DNA of 64,000 nucleotides from Planctomycetota bacterium (GTDB lineage Bacteria > Planctomycetota > B15-G4 > SIAN01): NCBI GenBank assembly GCA_031409275.1, contig JANNXA010000030.1:4702-68701 (forward strand), read 5' to 3'. Below the pieces are notes generated by a model. The model did not search any database. It was not told the origin of the DNA and was given only the letters and a program-made list of their open reading frames with translations. This document shows, one piece after another, positions 38,944-49,706 of the stretch (position 1 is the first letter of the stretch; each line of letters begins with the position of its first letter). Made by a program: the position numbers and the translations under genes.

Positions 38944-41667
38944 TCAGCCTCGCGCCTCGCATGCGCGACGCGCTTCGTCGATCGAGATGCGAACGGTGTC
39001 GGCAGGGAGGCCGAACCACGCGTCGGGATCGCAGGTGAAGACGATCAGCTGCAGCGACTCGGCGGCGCGCGCGAGGATCGGCAGCAGCTTGCCGCGGCGG
39101 CCGGGATCGCAGTTCACCAGCGGATCGTCGAGCAGCAGCGCGTGGCGGCCATGCTGCGCCGCCCACAGCTCGCCGAGCGCGATGCGCGTCAGCAACGCCA
39201 CCTGATCCTGCGTGCCGGCGGAGAGGCGCTCGGTCTCGATCGGCGCGCGTTCGCCGCGGGCAAGCTGTTCTGGCAAGAGCCGCTCGCCGAAGAGCACCTC
39301 GCTCTTCGCGCCCAGCAGCGGTGTCAACATGCGCGACACCTTGTTCGCCAACGGCCGCACCAGCAGCTCGAGCTGGCCTTGCTGCGCGGCGTCGAGGCGA
39401 GTGCGCAGCAGGTCGGTCGCGGCGGCGTCGAGCTCGGCACGCGCGAGCGCCTCGGCGTTGGCCGCTCGACGCGCTTCGAGCTCGCCCTGCTGCTGCCACA
39501 GCGCGTCGCGCTGCAGCTGCTCGAGACGGCCGCGCAGCCGCGCCTGCTCGTCGCGCTCGGTCGCTCGTTGAGTGTCGAGGTCGGTCAGCGCCTGCTCCGC
39601 GGCGTTCGCTTCCGCATCGGCATCGCCGAGCCGTTCGCGCTCATCGGTGAGCGCCTTCGTCGCGGCGCGACGGTCGAGGAGCCGTCGCTGCGCCTGCTCC
39701 GCGGCGGTGGCGCGCGCGCCGTCGTCGAGGCCATCCGCCAGCAGCCGCTCGAGTTCACGCTCGATCGAAGCGAGCGTCGCCTGCGCCACTGCCTGCGCCT
39801 GGGCCGATTTCGCCTCGCGCTCGCGCTCGCTCTCCCGTTGCGCGATGGCGCGCTGGTGAGCCGTACGCGCGGCCAGCAGCGTCAGGTCGAGCTGACGACG
39901 CCGATCGGCCAGCGCATCGCGTTGCGCCGCCAGCGTGGCTTCGCTCGGCGGCGCGCTGCTCCATTGCGGATGGAGTTCGATCAGCCGCTGGGCGATGGCC
40001 TGCTCGCGCACGCGCTGCTCGCTCGCGGCGCGGCGAGCGGTGTCGTCGACGAAGCGCTCGGCGCGCGCCTTCGCCAACTGCGCCAGCTCCGCTTCGATCG
40101 CCTGCCGTTCCTGCGCCAGCTCTTCGAGCGCCTCGGGATCGCTGGTCGCGAAGGGGCGCGCCGCGGCGTCGAGCTCGATCGTCAACGCGCGTTGCCGCTG
40201 CTCGAGCAGCGCGCGCTCCGCGACCTCGGGCCCGCGCACCACCATGCGACCGATGCCGGCGAGCTCGAACGCGAGCGGATCTCCGCCGCGCAGTTCGAAC
40301 GTCGCGCCGGTCGCGACCGCGGTCGGCCCCTCCGGCGCACGCAGTTCGAGATCGCGCTCGGCGGTCAGCGTCACGCGCAGCTCGAACGCCGCGAGACGGC
40401 GCGCAAGATCGGCGCGCTCGTCGACCAGCTTGCGCACGCGCTTCACGTCGTCGCGACGCGGACGCGCACGCTCGGCGAGGCGACCCTCCTGCGCCACCTG
40501 CTGCACCGCGAGTTCGCGATCCTGGGTCAGCCGCGAGTCGAGCTGGGCGATGGCCACTCGCGCGCGTTGCAGCTCGATCCCGTCGCGTTGCTGCGCCTCG
40601 TCGACCTCGAGTGATTGGCGCTGGCGCTCGACTTCGGATTCGGCCGCTCGCGCCTGTTCGATCTCCTTCACCGACCAGGCGAGCGCATCGCGATGTCGCT
40701 TGAGCTCCACCTCCGCTTCCGCCTTGGCGTTGGCGGCCTGCGTTCGCGCGAGGCGATTCGTCGCGACCGCGCCGAGGGAGCGCGCGGCCTGCTCCGCCGA
40801 CTGGATGGCCGCCTGCTCGAGTTCACCGGCCGCGGCCAGCTGCTGGTCGAGCGTGCGGGCACGATCGCGAGCGTGGCGCGCCGCCGCACGCCGTCGCTCG
40901 AACTCGATGCGTCGTTGCGCGAGCTGCGCCGCGCGCACCGGATCGGGCGTGAGGCCTTGCTCGATGCGGTGCACCTCGGCGAGGCGTTGATCGAGGAGGA
41001 GCGCCGATTCGCTCAGCGCCGCGGCTTCGCGCCTCGCGACGTCGAGCGGCGAACCCTTCTTCTCGCCGCGTCCCTTGTCGGTGAAGAGCTCCGACCAGCG
41101 CTTGCGCACGCGCGCGAGCAGTTCGTGCGTGCCGCTGGTCGTGAGGACGCCGCCCATCAGCGGGAGCAGCTGCTCGCGCGTGCGCTCTCCCAACGCGGCG
41201 CCGAAGCGCAGCCGCCCTTGCGGCACCAGCAGGATCTCCGCGATGCCGCGCAGTTCGGGGCCGCCGAGCCCGCGTCCGGCGTACGCGAAGTCGAGTCGCT
41301 GGCGCAGCGCGTCGTCGGCCGCTTCGCCGTCCGCGATCGGCTCGAACCGCTCGCCGCGCCATTCCGCGAGCTCCGCGCTCGGCTTGCTGACGAACTGCTT
41401 GCGCAGCCGAAGTCGCCGTCCGCCCGTTTCGAGCTCGATCTCGACGCGCGGCGCGACGGCGGCGCCACGCGGGACGATCGCCGCCTCGACTTCCGCGCCT
41501 CCGGTGCGATGGCGCTGGAAGAGGGCGTGCTCGATCGCGGCCAGCAGTGTCGACTTGCCCGCTTCGTTGGGACCGTGGATCAGCGTGATGCGCGCGCCGA
41601 ACGTGGAGATCAGCGCGCCAGGGTTGAGTCCGGCGAAACGCTCGACGAGGAGGCGATGCAGGATCAT
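38944..41667 (-). CDS. SbcC/Rad50/YhaN-like ABC-type ATPase with long coiled coil
   Basis: Walker A GPNEAGKST, signature LSAGTQDQ, Walker B LLLDD; ATGA-coupled to the nuclease. Confidence 0.88.
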   Translation of the reverse strand: MILHRLLVERFAGLNPGALISTFGARITLIHGPNEAGKSTLLAAIEHALFQRHRTGGAEVEAAIVPRGAAVAPRVEIELETGGRRLRLRKQFVSKPSAELAEWRGERFEPIADGEAADDALRQRLDFAYAGRGLGGPELRGIAEILLVPQGRLRFGAALGERTREQLLPLMGGVLTTSGTHELLARVRKRWSELFTDKGRGEKKGSPLDVARREAAALSESALLLDQRLAEVHRIEQGLTPDPVRAAQLAQRRIEFERRRAAARHARDRARTLDQQLAAAGELEQAAIQSAEQAARSLGAVATNRLARTQAANAKAEAEVELKRHRDALAWSVKEIEQARAAESEVERQRQSLEVDEAQQRDGIELQRARVAIAQLDSRLTQDRELAVQQVAQEGRLAERARPRRDDVKRVRKLVDERADLARRLAAFELRVTLTAERDLELRAPEGPTAVATGATFELRGGDPLAFELAGIGRMVVRGPEVAERALLEQRQRALTIELDAAARPFATSDPEALEELAQERQAIEAELAQLAKARAERFVDDTARRAASEQRVREQAIAQRLIELHPQWSSAPPSEATLAAQRDALADRRRQLDLTLLAARTAHQRAIAQRESEREREAKSAQAQAVAQATLASIERELERLLADGLDDGARATAAEQAQRRLLDRRAATKALTDERERLGDADAEANAAEQALTDLDTQRATERDEQARLRGRLEQLQRDALWQQQGELEARRAANAEALARAELDAAATDLLRTRLDAAQQGQLELLVRPLANKVSRMLTPLLGAKSEVLFGERLLPEQLARGERAPIETERLSAGTQDQVALLTRIALGELWAAQHGRHALLLDDPLVNCDPGRRGKLLPILARAAESLQLIVFTCDPDAWFGLPADTVRISIDEARRACEARG

Positions 41668-42845
41668 CGGGGCGCCTCGCCGCGCGCTTGCGCGTGAAGC
41701 TCGAACAGGAGATCGAGCGCGCGCTGCGCCACGGCAGCGGCGTGCGCGTCGGCGCCGAGCGACGTCGCCTCGATTAGCAACGTGCGCGCGGCGGTCTGCG
41801 GCGCACCGGCCGGAAGCTGCTCGATCCAGTCCGCGCCATCGGGCCTCGTGACGAGGCCCTCGGTCCGCAAGCGCGCGTGGAGGAAGCGACCGCTCGCCAG
41901 GACGCGCAGTGCCTCGACCGCGGCGCGCTCCGCGGTGGTGAGCGCACCTTCGAGCCGCAGATCGAGCAGCACGCTGTCGCGCGAAGCGGCCGGCTCCGCG
42001 TCGAGCTCGCGGCGCAAGGCCTCGATCGCGGCAGCGTCCGCCAGTCGGCGCGCGGCGGGCTGGCGCCACTCGAGCTTCGCGGTCCGCAGCGCCTCGATCT
42101 GCGGTGGAGCACCGGGTGTCGTCAACGTCACCAGCAGGCACTCGCCGCTCTCGCCTTGCTCGTTGCGCTCGCCAAACGCCGTCGGCTCATGCGCGCTGCA
42201 ATAGGCCGCGCGCACGACCCCGTCGACCGCGTAACGCGACGGACGATGCCAGTGGCCGAGCGCCAGCCAATCGAGGCCAGCGCGTGTGACGTGGCGCAGG
42301 TCGAGCGGGAAGTCGCCGGCGATCTCGTCATCGGGTGCCGCCGCGCCGCGCACGGAACCATGGGCGACGCCGATGCGAAAGCGCTCGCGAGGCGAACCGG
42401 ACGGCGGTGCATCGGGGAGCGTGGCGAGCGGATCGTCGGTCGATTTGCGCGTGCGCAGCGGGCAGGCGAAGAGATCGGCGTGCCCGACCGCGTAGGGACC
42501 CGGCTCGCGCAACACGGTGACCTTCGCCCCGGCGTCGCGCCACGCCGGGTGGTCGAACAGCCCGCCCGGCACGAGGGGATCGTGGTTGGCGGGCAGGACG
42601 AAGACGGGCGCCGCGCTGACGCGCAGGAGGTCGACGACCTCCTGCACCAGCGCTGGGGCAACCGTGGTGTGCTCGAAGGTGTCGCCGGCGAGGATCAGCG
42701 CGTCGACGCCGCGCTCGTTCGCCAACGCGACGACGCGGCGTGCCGATTCGAGCCGCGCTGCCTGGATCCGCGCCGCCACGGGGCCGGCGTGGGCCGCCTT
42801 CATCCCCATCTGCCAGTCGGCCGTGTGCAGGAGCCGGAAGGTCAT
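41664..42845 (-). CDS. SbcD/Mre11/YhaO-like DNA repair nuclease
   Basis: LHTADWQMG, AGDTFE, PANHD, AHGS and ALGHWH motifs. Confidence 0.9.
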   Translation of the reverse strand: MTFRLLHTADWQMGMKAAHAGPVAARIQAARLESARRVVALANERGVDALILAGDTFEHTTVAPALVQEVVDLLRVSAAPVFVLPANHDPLVPGGLFDHPAWRDAGAKVTVLREPGPYAVGHADLFACPLRTRKSTDDPLATLPDAPPSGSPRERFRIGVAHGSVRGAAAPDDEIAGDFPLDLRHVTRAGLDWLALGHWHRPSRYAVDGVVRAAYCSAHEPTAFGERNEQGESGECLLVTLTTPGAPPQIEALRTAKLEWRQPAARRLADAAAIEALRRELDAEPAASRDSVLLDLRLEGALTTAERAAVEALRVLASGRFLHARLRTEGLVTRPDGADWIEQLPAGAPQTAARTLLIEATSLGADAHAAAVAQRALDLLFELHAQARGEAPR

Positions 42846-42888
42846 GGCGACAGAGGTTATAGAAGCGCGCCACCTGCGGAGCTGCGCC

Positions 42889-44514
42889 GTGAACCCATCG
42901 ATCGTCTGCGCACGTTTCGTCGCCGCCTGGCTGATGGTCGGCGCCCTCGCGCACGCGCAACTCGGCCCGCCGCCGGCACCGCCCGAGAACCCGATCACGG
43001 CGGAGAAGGCGCTCCTCGGCAAGATCCTCTTCTGGGACGAGCAGCTGTCGAGCGACCGAACGATGGCGTGCGGCAGCTGTCACCAGCCACGAGTCGGCGG
43101 CTCCGATCCGGCCACCTTTCGCAGCGCCGGGTACGACGGACAGCTCTTCACGCGTGACGATCGATTCGGCTCGCCGGGCGTTCGTCTCGCGGACGCAAGC
43201 GGTGCCTACCTTCGCTCTGGCGTGGGCTTCGAGCGGCAGGTGACCGACCGGCTCGCGCCCGAGTTCATGACGGCCGCCTTCTTCGACGAGCTCTTCTGGG
43301 ATGGCCGCGCAAAGGGCCGCTTCGTCGATCCGGCCACCGGCAAGCAGGCGATCGCCAGCGGCGGCGCACTCGAGAGCCAGCTGGTCGGACCGCCGGTCTC
43401 CGCCGTCGAAATGGGCCACGCCGGCCGCGCCTGGAGCGACATCGAACTCCTCCTCGCCGACGTCTCGCCGCTGGCTCTCGCGAGCGATTGGCCGAGCGAC
43501 GTCGCCGCCGCGCTCGCCCGTGATCCCACCTATCCCGACCTCTTTCGCAGCGCCTTCGGCGACCCCGCGATCAGCACCACGCGGATCGCCTTCGCCATCG
43601 CCACCTACGAGCGCACCTTGGCGCCGCGCAAGACGCCGTGGGATCTATGGACCGCCGGCAGTCCGCTCGCGTTGAGCGCGGCGCAGCAGCGCGGCCTGAC
43701 CGTGTTCCAGGGCAAGGGGCGCTGCGCCATGTGCCACACGCCGCCGCTCTTCTCCGACGACAACTTCCATCAGATCGGCAGCTCGCCGTGGCAGGACGAT
43801 GCCGGCCGCGCGAAGGTCACCGGCCGCTTCGCCGATCGCGGCCGCTTCAAGACGCCGACGCTGCGCAACGCGGGCCTGCGGCCGCGCTTCCTGCACGACG
43901 GCCGCTTCCAGACGCTGCAGCAGGTGATCGACTTCTACGTGCGCGGCGGCGACTTCCGCGACAACCTCGACGTGCTGATGCTGCCGGTCGCACTGACCGT
44001 CGACGAGCAGCTCGACCTGCTCGATTTCCTGGCGAACGGCCTCACCGATCCCGACGTCGCCAGCGAGAGCGGCCTCTACTCACGGCCAGCGCTGCATGCC
44101 GAGCGAGCGCCCAATCCGTCGCTCTACGGCGAAGGCAGCGCGGGCAGCGGCGGGATCGAGCCACGCCTGATCGCGCAGACGCCGCCACAGCTCGGCCATG
44201 AGACGTTTCGGCTGGCGATCGTCGACGGGCTCGGCGGGGCGGCGGCGCTGCTGGCGCTGGCGAGCGAGGAGGCGCCGGCCGGCAGCGACTGGAACGGCAT
44301 CCCGCTCCACGTCGCCTGCGATCCGCTGCCCTATCTCGTCCCGCTGGTGCTGTCGGGAAACGGGGCGGGCACCGGCGATGCCACCTTCGTGCTGCCGCTC
44401 GCGGATGACCCCGCGCTCCTGGGCGCGGAGTGGTATGCGCAGGCGTTCGTCGAGGATTCGAATGCGATCGGCGGCTGGTCGGCGACGTCGGGAGCGAAGT
44501 GCGTCTTCGAGTAG
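42889..44514 (+). CDS. Diheme cytochrome c peroxidase (bCcP/MauG superfamily) with extra C-terminal domain
   Basis: ENPIT..KALLGKILFWD, CGSCH, FWDGRA, CAMCH, FKTPTLRN and HDG motifs. Confidence 0.9.
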   Translation: MNPSIVCARFVAAWLMVGALAHAQLGPPPAPPENPITAEKALLGKILFWDEQLSSDRTMACGSCHQPRVGGSDPATFRSAGYDGQLFTRDDRFGSPGVRLADASGAYLRSGVGFERQVTDRLAPEFMTAAFFDELFWDGRAKGRFVDPATGKQAIASGGALESQLVGPPVSAVEMGHAGRAWSDIELLLADVSPLALASDWPSDVAAALARDPTYPDLFRSAFGDPAISTTRIAFAIATYERTLAPRKTPWDLWTAGSPLALSAAQQRGLTVFQGKGRCAMCHTPPLFSDDNFHQIGSSPWQDDAGRAKVTGRFADRGRFKTPTLRNAGLRPRFLHDGRFQTLQQVIDFYVRGGDFRDNLDVLMLPVALTVDEQLDLLDFLANGLTDPDVASESGLYSRPALHAERAPNPSLYGEGSAGSGGIEPRLIAQTPPQLGHETFRLAIVDGLGGAAALLALASEEAPAGSDWNGIPLHVACDPLPYLVPLVLSGNGAGTGDATFVLPLADDPALLGAEWYAQAFVEDSNAIGGWSATSGAKCVFE

Positions 44515-44538
44515 GCGACGCTCACGAAGGCGACAAGC

Positions 44539-47500
44539 TCACGGCTGCAGCAGGCCGTAGTGGACGAGGTATCGCCACACGAAGTCGTTCAGGATCGGAT
44601 CGCTCGCCATGCTTTGGTAGGTCGGCTCCGCCATGCTGCGGTTCATCTCGACACCGTAGCTGTAGGCGGTCTCGCTCGCCTTCCACTCGAGCAGCAGGTT
44701 GATGATGCTCTGGTTGGCGTAAGCGCTCGTGCTGGGCTCATCGATGTAGTAACCGGGCGGTGCGCAAGAAGGCGGGTTGGGGTTGCCCCCGTCGCCTGCG
44801 AAGACATCGGTGATGTAGTAATCGCCGGTGTCGCGGTTGTGGTCATCGAGGATGCCGCGCCGCGCATAGTGATAGAGGTCGGGAGCGCGCTGGAGCAGGT
44901 TCGTCACGAGCGGGTCGCCGGGCGCGTGGTGATCGCGGTAGTGGATGAAGCGATGGAATGCCTGCGCATTGCCGCGCAGGTCGGTCCACTGCTGTGACAT
45001 GTACCCGTACAGCGCCTTGTCGGACGACTTGCCGGCAGCCCAGGTGATCATGTAGCCGTCGAGATTGGTCGCGCTGCCGACGGGGGTGCCGACCGGCGCC
45101 TGCCAACCGAGCATGCCGGTGTCGACCCCGAAGCCGTTCGGCTGCTTGAACACCACATTCGCCCATTGGTACATGATCGTGCGCAACCACGCCTCGAGCT
45201 CCGCGTTCGGAGCGAGGTCGAGCGCAGCCATCGCGGCGGTGGTGACAGCGCTGTAGGTGCCGAGCACGAAGTTGCCGTACGGCTGCACGTTGGGCGAGAT
45301 GGCGGGCGAGAGGATCGTCTCCGAGAGCGCCTTCGCCGAATCGAGGAGAGGAGTCTCTCCACGGGTGAACGCCCAGTCGGGCACGGCCTGGAAGAAGGTG
45401 TGCTTGCTGCCGTCGTACATGTCGGACTTGCGCGTGACCTGAGCATTCGCGTTGCGGACCTTCTGGCGATCCTCGAGCGCGCCGTCGTCGATGTTCCAAG
45501 CCATCTTGTCGGCTTTGTATTGCGCCTCGAAGAACGAGTGGAGGTAGGAGCCGCCGTGGCCCGTCCGTAGCCAGTGGTAGAAGCGGCGCGTCTCCTCCCA
45601 GTTGTTGTTGGCGCCGCCCGTCTCGCCGGCGAACCGAAAGACGGTTCGAATCGGGTCGGAAGCGTCGGGTTGGGTGGCGCGGATGCCAGCGAGGTTCTGG
45701 TAGGTCTTGAATTGCGCCTCGTCGACCAGCTTCCACGGCCAGACTTGGGACTGGTTGTAGGCGAACAGCGCGGCGCGCGCCGCGAGCGGGTAGTCGAACG
45801 TCGTCGCGACGGCGATCGGGTCGCTCGCCGGCGCCGACTCGAACGAGAGATAGAAGACCCGTGTCTCGGCGCTGGCGTAGGGCAGTGGATAGGAGTGCGG
45901 GTCAGAGGGGACCTTGCGAGGCAGGAGGCCCACCTCGATCGCGCCATCGCCGACGGCGGCGAGCCCGACCGGCCACGTGCGGCACGCATGCTCGATGCCG
46001 AAGAGGACTCCGCGACCGGACGCGGAAGAGGTGACCTCGAGGAACGACGGATCGGTCAGCTCGTTCTCCGCGGAGAACCAGCCGCTCGCGGCATCGCCGC
46101 AGTATTCGGTGCTGCCGATCCGTTCACGAACGCCCTCGATCGCGAAGAGGTCGACACCGTTGCGCTGGATGAAGCCGAAGTACGCGGTCGAGTTGGAATC
46201 GGTCTGGAGCCGGTAGTCGCTGCGCGAGACGTAGCCGAGCCGGAACTCGGCGTCCTGACCGCTGCCGATCGCGCCGCCGTTCAGCGTCGTCGAGTCCCCA
46301 CGCAGCGCGGGAGCGGGCATGCGGACGTCGAAGGGCCCCAGTTCGTTGAGCGTCGCCTGGTAGGTGAAACCGCGGAAGAGCAGGTGTTCGGGGAACTGCA
46401 GGCTCGTATCGCGCAACGACGCCGTGACTCGCAGCTCCGATTCGCCCTGGTTGGCCTCGACGTAGAAGCGCACGTAGATGCGGTCGGCGTCGGTCGGCGA
46501 TGCGGTGCGCGTGAAGGAACCGTCGATCTCGACCTCGGCGCGGACCGGCCCGTTGCGGCGCGTGGTCACTTTGCTCTTGTGCCACGTCCACTCGGCATCG
46601 GCCGCGTCCCAGAAGTGCGGGCGATTGCCTGCGGCGGTCGAGAGGAGGTCGAGGCCGCCTGCGCGGATCGACTGGAAGAGATCATCGACGGTGGAGTCGA
46701 TCGTGACCGTCATCGCGCCGGTGTCGATCGTGGTGAGCGTGCCGTCGGTGGACGCGATCCACGCACCGCCAAAACTCCCGGAGCCCTTGTCGACCTGGAC
46801 GGTGTTGTCCGTGGCGCCCGCCGCAAGGCTGGCGAGGTACTCGCACAAGACCCACTTGCAGCTGCCGTCGTCCCACCTGGCGAGCGTCGAGAACTGACCC
46901 GCGGTCGCGCCTCCCGTGAGCGTCAGGTTCGGCACGCCGAAGCCGTTCTCGAACACCTGGCCTGGAGGCAACGGAACGCCGACGCGAACCGGTTGCGCAA
47001 CCACGTCGATCCCGGCGCGGCCCGGCCGCAGCACCTCCTGCGTGGTCAGCGGAATCGGAAAGACGATCGAACTGGATGGCGGAGTGGTCAACGCCTCGTC
47101 GGGATGGCACTCGACCAGGGACGTGAGTCGACCACCGCGCGGCGTCGACAGGTAGCCCTGGATGTAGGTGATTCCGTTCCAGCGGCTGCCGTCGACGATG
47201 CCTTGGTACGTCGTGCCGCTGACGCTGATGATCTCGCACGAGTTGAGGTCGATGCCGAAGTAGCCCGGCGTCGTGGGATCGGGATGCGTCGCGACGACGA
47301 TTCGGTCGGAGAGGTAGAGCGTGACCTCGGTCGCGTCCGACGGAGCGTTCATGAACTCGACGGTGAACGACTGATCGTCGGCGAACTGATCGATCTCGAG
47401 GTACATCGGCCGCTCGCCATTGACGAACGAGCCCATTGAAACGGTCGACGGCGTGGTGCCGCCGCTGCCGCCCCCTCCCGAACCGCCACCCCCACCGCCG

Positions 47501-47610
47501 CCATCGCCGCAGTCGATGGGCGGCAGGACCCCGGTGGCGAGATCGCCCGCGGAACCACCGCCACCGCACGCGGGGACAAGCAAGGCAAGGAGGAAGAGGG
47601 GCGTCCGCAT
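44539..47610 (-). CDS. Large lipoprotein with Gly linker, beta-sandwich and helical barrel (possibly glycan-active)
   Basis: LVPAC lipobox and poly-Gly linker. PVRVGVPLP...ARWDDGSCKW, IDTG and GPVRAEV resemble exo-rhamnogalacturonan-lyase (PcRGLX)-like N-terminal domains. Function tentative. Confidence 0.6.
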   Translation of the reverse strand: MRTPLFLLALLVPACGGGGSAGDLATGVLPPIDCGDGGGGGGGSGGGGSGGTTPSTVSMGSFVNGERPMYLEIDQFADDQSFTVEFMNAPSDATEVTLYLSDRIVVATHPDPTTPGYFGIDLNSCEIISVSGTTYQGIVDGSRWNGITYIQGYLSTPRGGRLTSLVECHPDEALTTPPSSSIVFPIPLTTQEVLRPGRAGIDVVAQPVRVGVPLPPGQVFENGFGVPNLTLTGGATAGQFSTLARWDDGSCKWVLCEYLASLAAGATDNTVQVDKGSGSFGGAWIASTDGTLTTIDTGAMTVTIDSTVDDLFQSIRAGGLDLLSTAAGNRPHFWDAADAEWTWHKSKVTTRRNGPVRAEVEIDGSFTRTASPTDADRIYVRFYVEANQGESELRVTASLRDTSLQFPEHLLFRGFTYQATLNELGPFDVRMPAPALRGDSTTLNGGAIGSGQDAEFRLGYVSRSDYRLQTDSNSTAYFGFIQRNGVDLFAIEGVRERIGSTEYCGDAASGWFSAENELTDPSFLEVTSSASGRGVLFGIEHACRTWPVGLAAVGDGAIEVGLLPRKVPSDPHSYPLPYASAETRVFYLSFESAPASDPIAVATTFDYPLAARAALFAYNQSQVWPWKLVDEAQFKTYQNLAGIRATQPDASDPIRTVFRFAGETGGANNNWEETRRFYHWLRTGHGGSYLHSFFEAQYKADKMAWNIDDGALEDRQKVRNANAQVTRKSDMYDGSKHTFFQAVPDWAFTRGETPLLDSAKALSETILSPAISPNVQPYGNFVLGTYSAVTTAAMAALDLAPNAELEAWLRTIMYQWANVVFKQPNGFGVDTGMLGWQAPVGTPVGSATNLDGYMITWAAGKSSDKALYGYMSQQWTDLRGNAQAFHRFIHYRDHHAPGDPLVTNLLQRAPDLYHYARRGILDDHNRDTGDYYITDVFAGDGGNPNPPSCAPPGYYIDEPSTSAYANQSIINLLLEWKASETAYSYGVEMNRSMAEPTYQSMASDPILNDFVWRYLVHYGLLQP

Positions 47611-47734
47611 CAGCTCGAATCTAGCTCAAGTCCGCGCGTGGCGCCTGTCGCTCGACGTCGTTCCACGCGGCCAGGCCGCCTTTTTCGTGTGGAAACGATT
47701 GCGCTCGTCGCCGCCGCGGAGTCGGCGGCACGAG

Positions 47735-47861
47735 TCACTGCGGCCGTTTGGGGATCCGCAGCGCCTTCAAGCGCGAGGCGAGTGTGGTGGGCGGCATGCC
47801 GAGCAGCACCGCGGCGCCGCGCGGACCGAAGACGCCCCCGGTACCGGCAAGTCGGGCGATC
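47735..47861 (-). pseudogene. Remnant C-terminal HTH of an FhlA/HyfR-like sigma54 activator
   Basis: TGGVFGPRGAAVLLGMPPTTLASRLKALRI matches the GxxGAAxLLGxxPTTLxSRxKxLGI tail; no AAA+ domain upstream. Confidence 0.6.
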
Positions 47862-48146
47862 TGCCGCCGCGACCCGAACGCGCTCCGGCGTGGCGAAGCG
47901 CGCCGATCGATCGCTTGAAGGGGCTGAAGCTCACGCTCGCGATCGAGCAGTACGCGCAGGCGTACGCCGACGTCCTCGAGAAGGGAGTCGCCTCTCGCAC
48001 CCCTGGTGCTGGCCATCAGCTGCGAGCGCTGCGCGTCCTCGCGCAGCGCTCGCCAGCTGCATGGCCCGGGAGGACCGCCGCGCGCCGCGCGGTCGGTCCG
48101 GCACGCGCGTTCAGCTGCGGGCCTTGCGCCCGTCAGCTGCAACGCG

Positions 48147-49706
48147 TCAATCGACCGTTCGCCAACTGCGGCCATCGCGAGTCAACAACTCGTCCGCCTC
48201 CTTCGGCCCGGCGCTGCCCGCGGCGTAGTTCGGGAAGCTGCGCGGCGGCAGCGATTGCCAGACGTCGAGCATCGGCGCGACCACCTTCCACGCCGCCTCG
48301 ACCATGTCGGCACGCTGGAAGAGCGTCGCATCGCCAGCCATCGCGTCGTACAGCAGGCGCTCGTAGCCCGTCGACGGCGTCGAGCCGAAATGGTCGGCGT
48401 ACTTGAAGTCCATCTGCACGCTGCCGAGGCGCACGGTCGCGCCCGGCATCTTGGCGCCGAACACCAGCGAGATGCCCTCGTTGGGTTGCACCGTGATGAT
48501 CAGCTGGTTGGGCGTCAGCTTCTCGACCGGCGTATCGCGGAACAGCGTGAATGGCGGCCGCTTGAAGGTGATCGCGATCTCGGTGTAGCGCTTCGCCATC
48601 GCCTTGCCGACGCGCAAGTAGAACGGCACGTTGGTCCAGCGCCAGTTGTCGATGTTGAGCTTCATCGCCACGTAGGTCTCGGTGCGCGAATCGGGGCGCA
48701 CCTTGGGCGTCGAGCGGTAGGCGGGGATCTTCTTGCTGCCGCTCTGCCCTTCGCCGTATTGGCCGCGCACCGTGCGCGCCAGCACCTCTTCGGGCGACAT
48801 CGGCTGCATCGCGCGCAGCACCTTGGTCTGCTCGTCGCGAACCGCGTCCGCCTCGAAGCTGATCGGCGGCTCCATCGCCACCAGCGAGATCAGCTGGAAG
48901 ATGTGGTTCGGGACCATGTCGCGCAGCGCGCCGCTCTTGTCGTAGTAGTCGCCGCGCGTCTCGACGCCGACCGTCTCCGCCACCGTGATCTGGACGTGGT
49001 CGACGTAGCGACGATTCCAGATCGGCTCGAAGATCCCGTTCGCGAAGCGGAACATCATCAGGTTCTGGACCGTCTCTTTCCCGAGGTAGTGATCGATGCG
49101 GTAGATCTGCCGCTCGTCGAGCAGCCGACGCAGCTCCGCGTTCAGCGCGCGCGCCGATTCGTAGTCGCGGCCGAACGGCTTCTCCACGATCACGCGCCGC
49201 CAGCGGCCTTCGGTCTCCTGCGTCAGGCCGGCCGCGGAGAGCTTGGCGACCACCTCGCCGAAGAACTCCGGCGCGGTCGCCATGTAGAAGAGCGCGTTGC
49301 CGCGCGTGTTGCGTTCCTTCTCGACGCGCGCCAGCACCGCCGCCAGCTTCTGGAAGGCGTCGCCCTCGTTGAAGTCGGCCTGGCAGTAGTAGACGCGTTC
49401 CTTGAGCCAGCCCCACTGCTCGGGCGTGAGCTCGCTGGTCGCGAACTCGCGCATGTCCGCTTCGAGCTTGGTGCGGTAGCCCTCGTCGCCGATCGCCTGG
49501 CGGGCGAAGCCGATGACCGCGAAGTCATCGGACAGCAGCCGTTCGCGCACGAGGTTGTAGAGCGCCGGGATGAGCTTGCGCTTGGTGAGGTCGCCGCCGG
49601 CACCGAAGATCACCAGCGCGCATGGCCCGACCGGCTTGCCCGATGCGATCGGTTCCACGGCGTTCGTCCTCGCAGCAGTGCCCAAGGTCCCGATGGGATC
49701 CGTCAC
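48147..49706 (-). CDS. zwf: Glucose-6-phosphate 1-dehydrogenase
   Basis: [34 protein letters not shown] and YERLL motifs. Confidence 0.97.
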   Translation of the reverse strand: MTDPIGTLGTAARTNAVEPIASGKPVGPCALVIFGAGGDLTKRKLIPALYNLVRERLLSDDFAVIGFARQAIGDEGYRTKLEADMREFATSELTPEQWGWLKERVYYCQADFNEGDAFQKLAAVLARVEKERNTRGNALFYMATAPEFFGEVVAKLSAAGLTQETEGRWRRVIVEKPFGRDYESARALNAELRRLLDERQIYRIDHYLGKETVQNLMMFRFANGIFEPIWNRRYVDHVQITVAETVGVETRGDYYDKSGALRDMVPNHIFQLISLVAMEPPISFEADAVRDEQTKVLRAMQPMSPEEVLARTVRGQYGEGQSGSKKIPAYRSTPKVRPDSRTETYVAMKLNIDNWRWTNVPFYLRVGKAMAKRYTEIAITFKRPPFTLFRDTPVEKLTPNQLIITVQPNEGISLVFGAKMPGATVRLGSVQMDFKYADHFGSTPSTGYERLLYDAMAGDATLFQRADMVEAAWKVVAPMLDVWQSLPPRSFPNYAAGSAGPKEADELLTRDGRSWRTVD

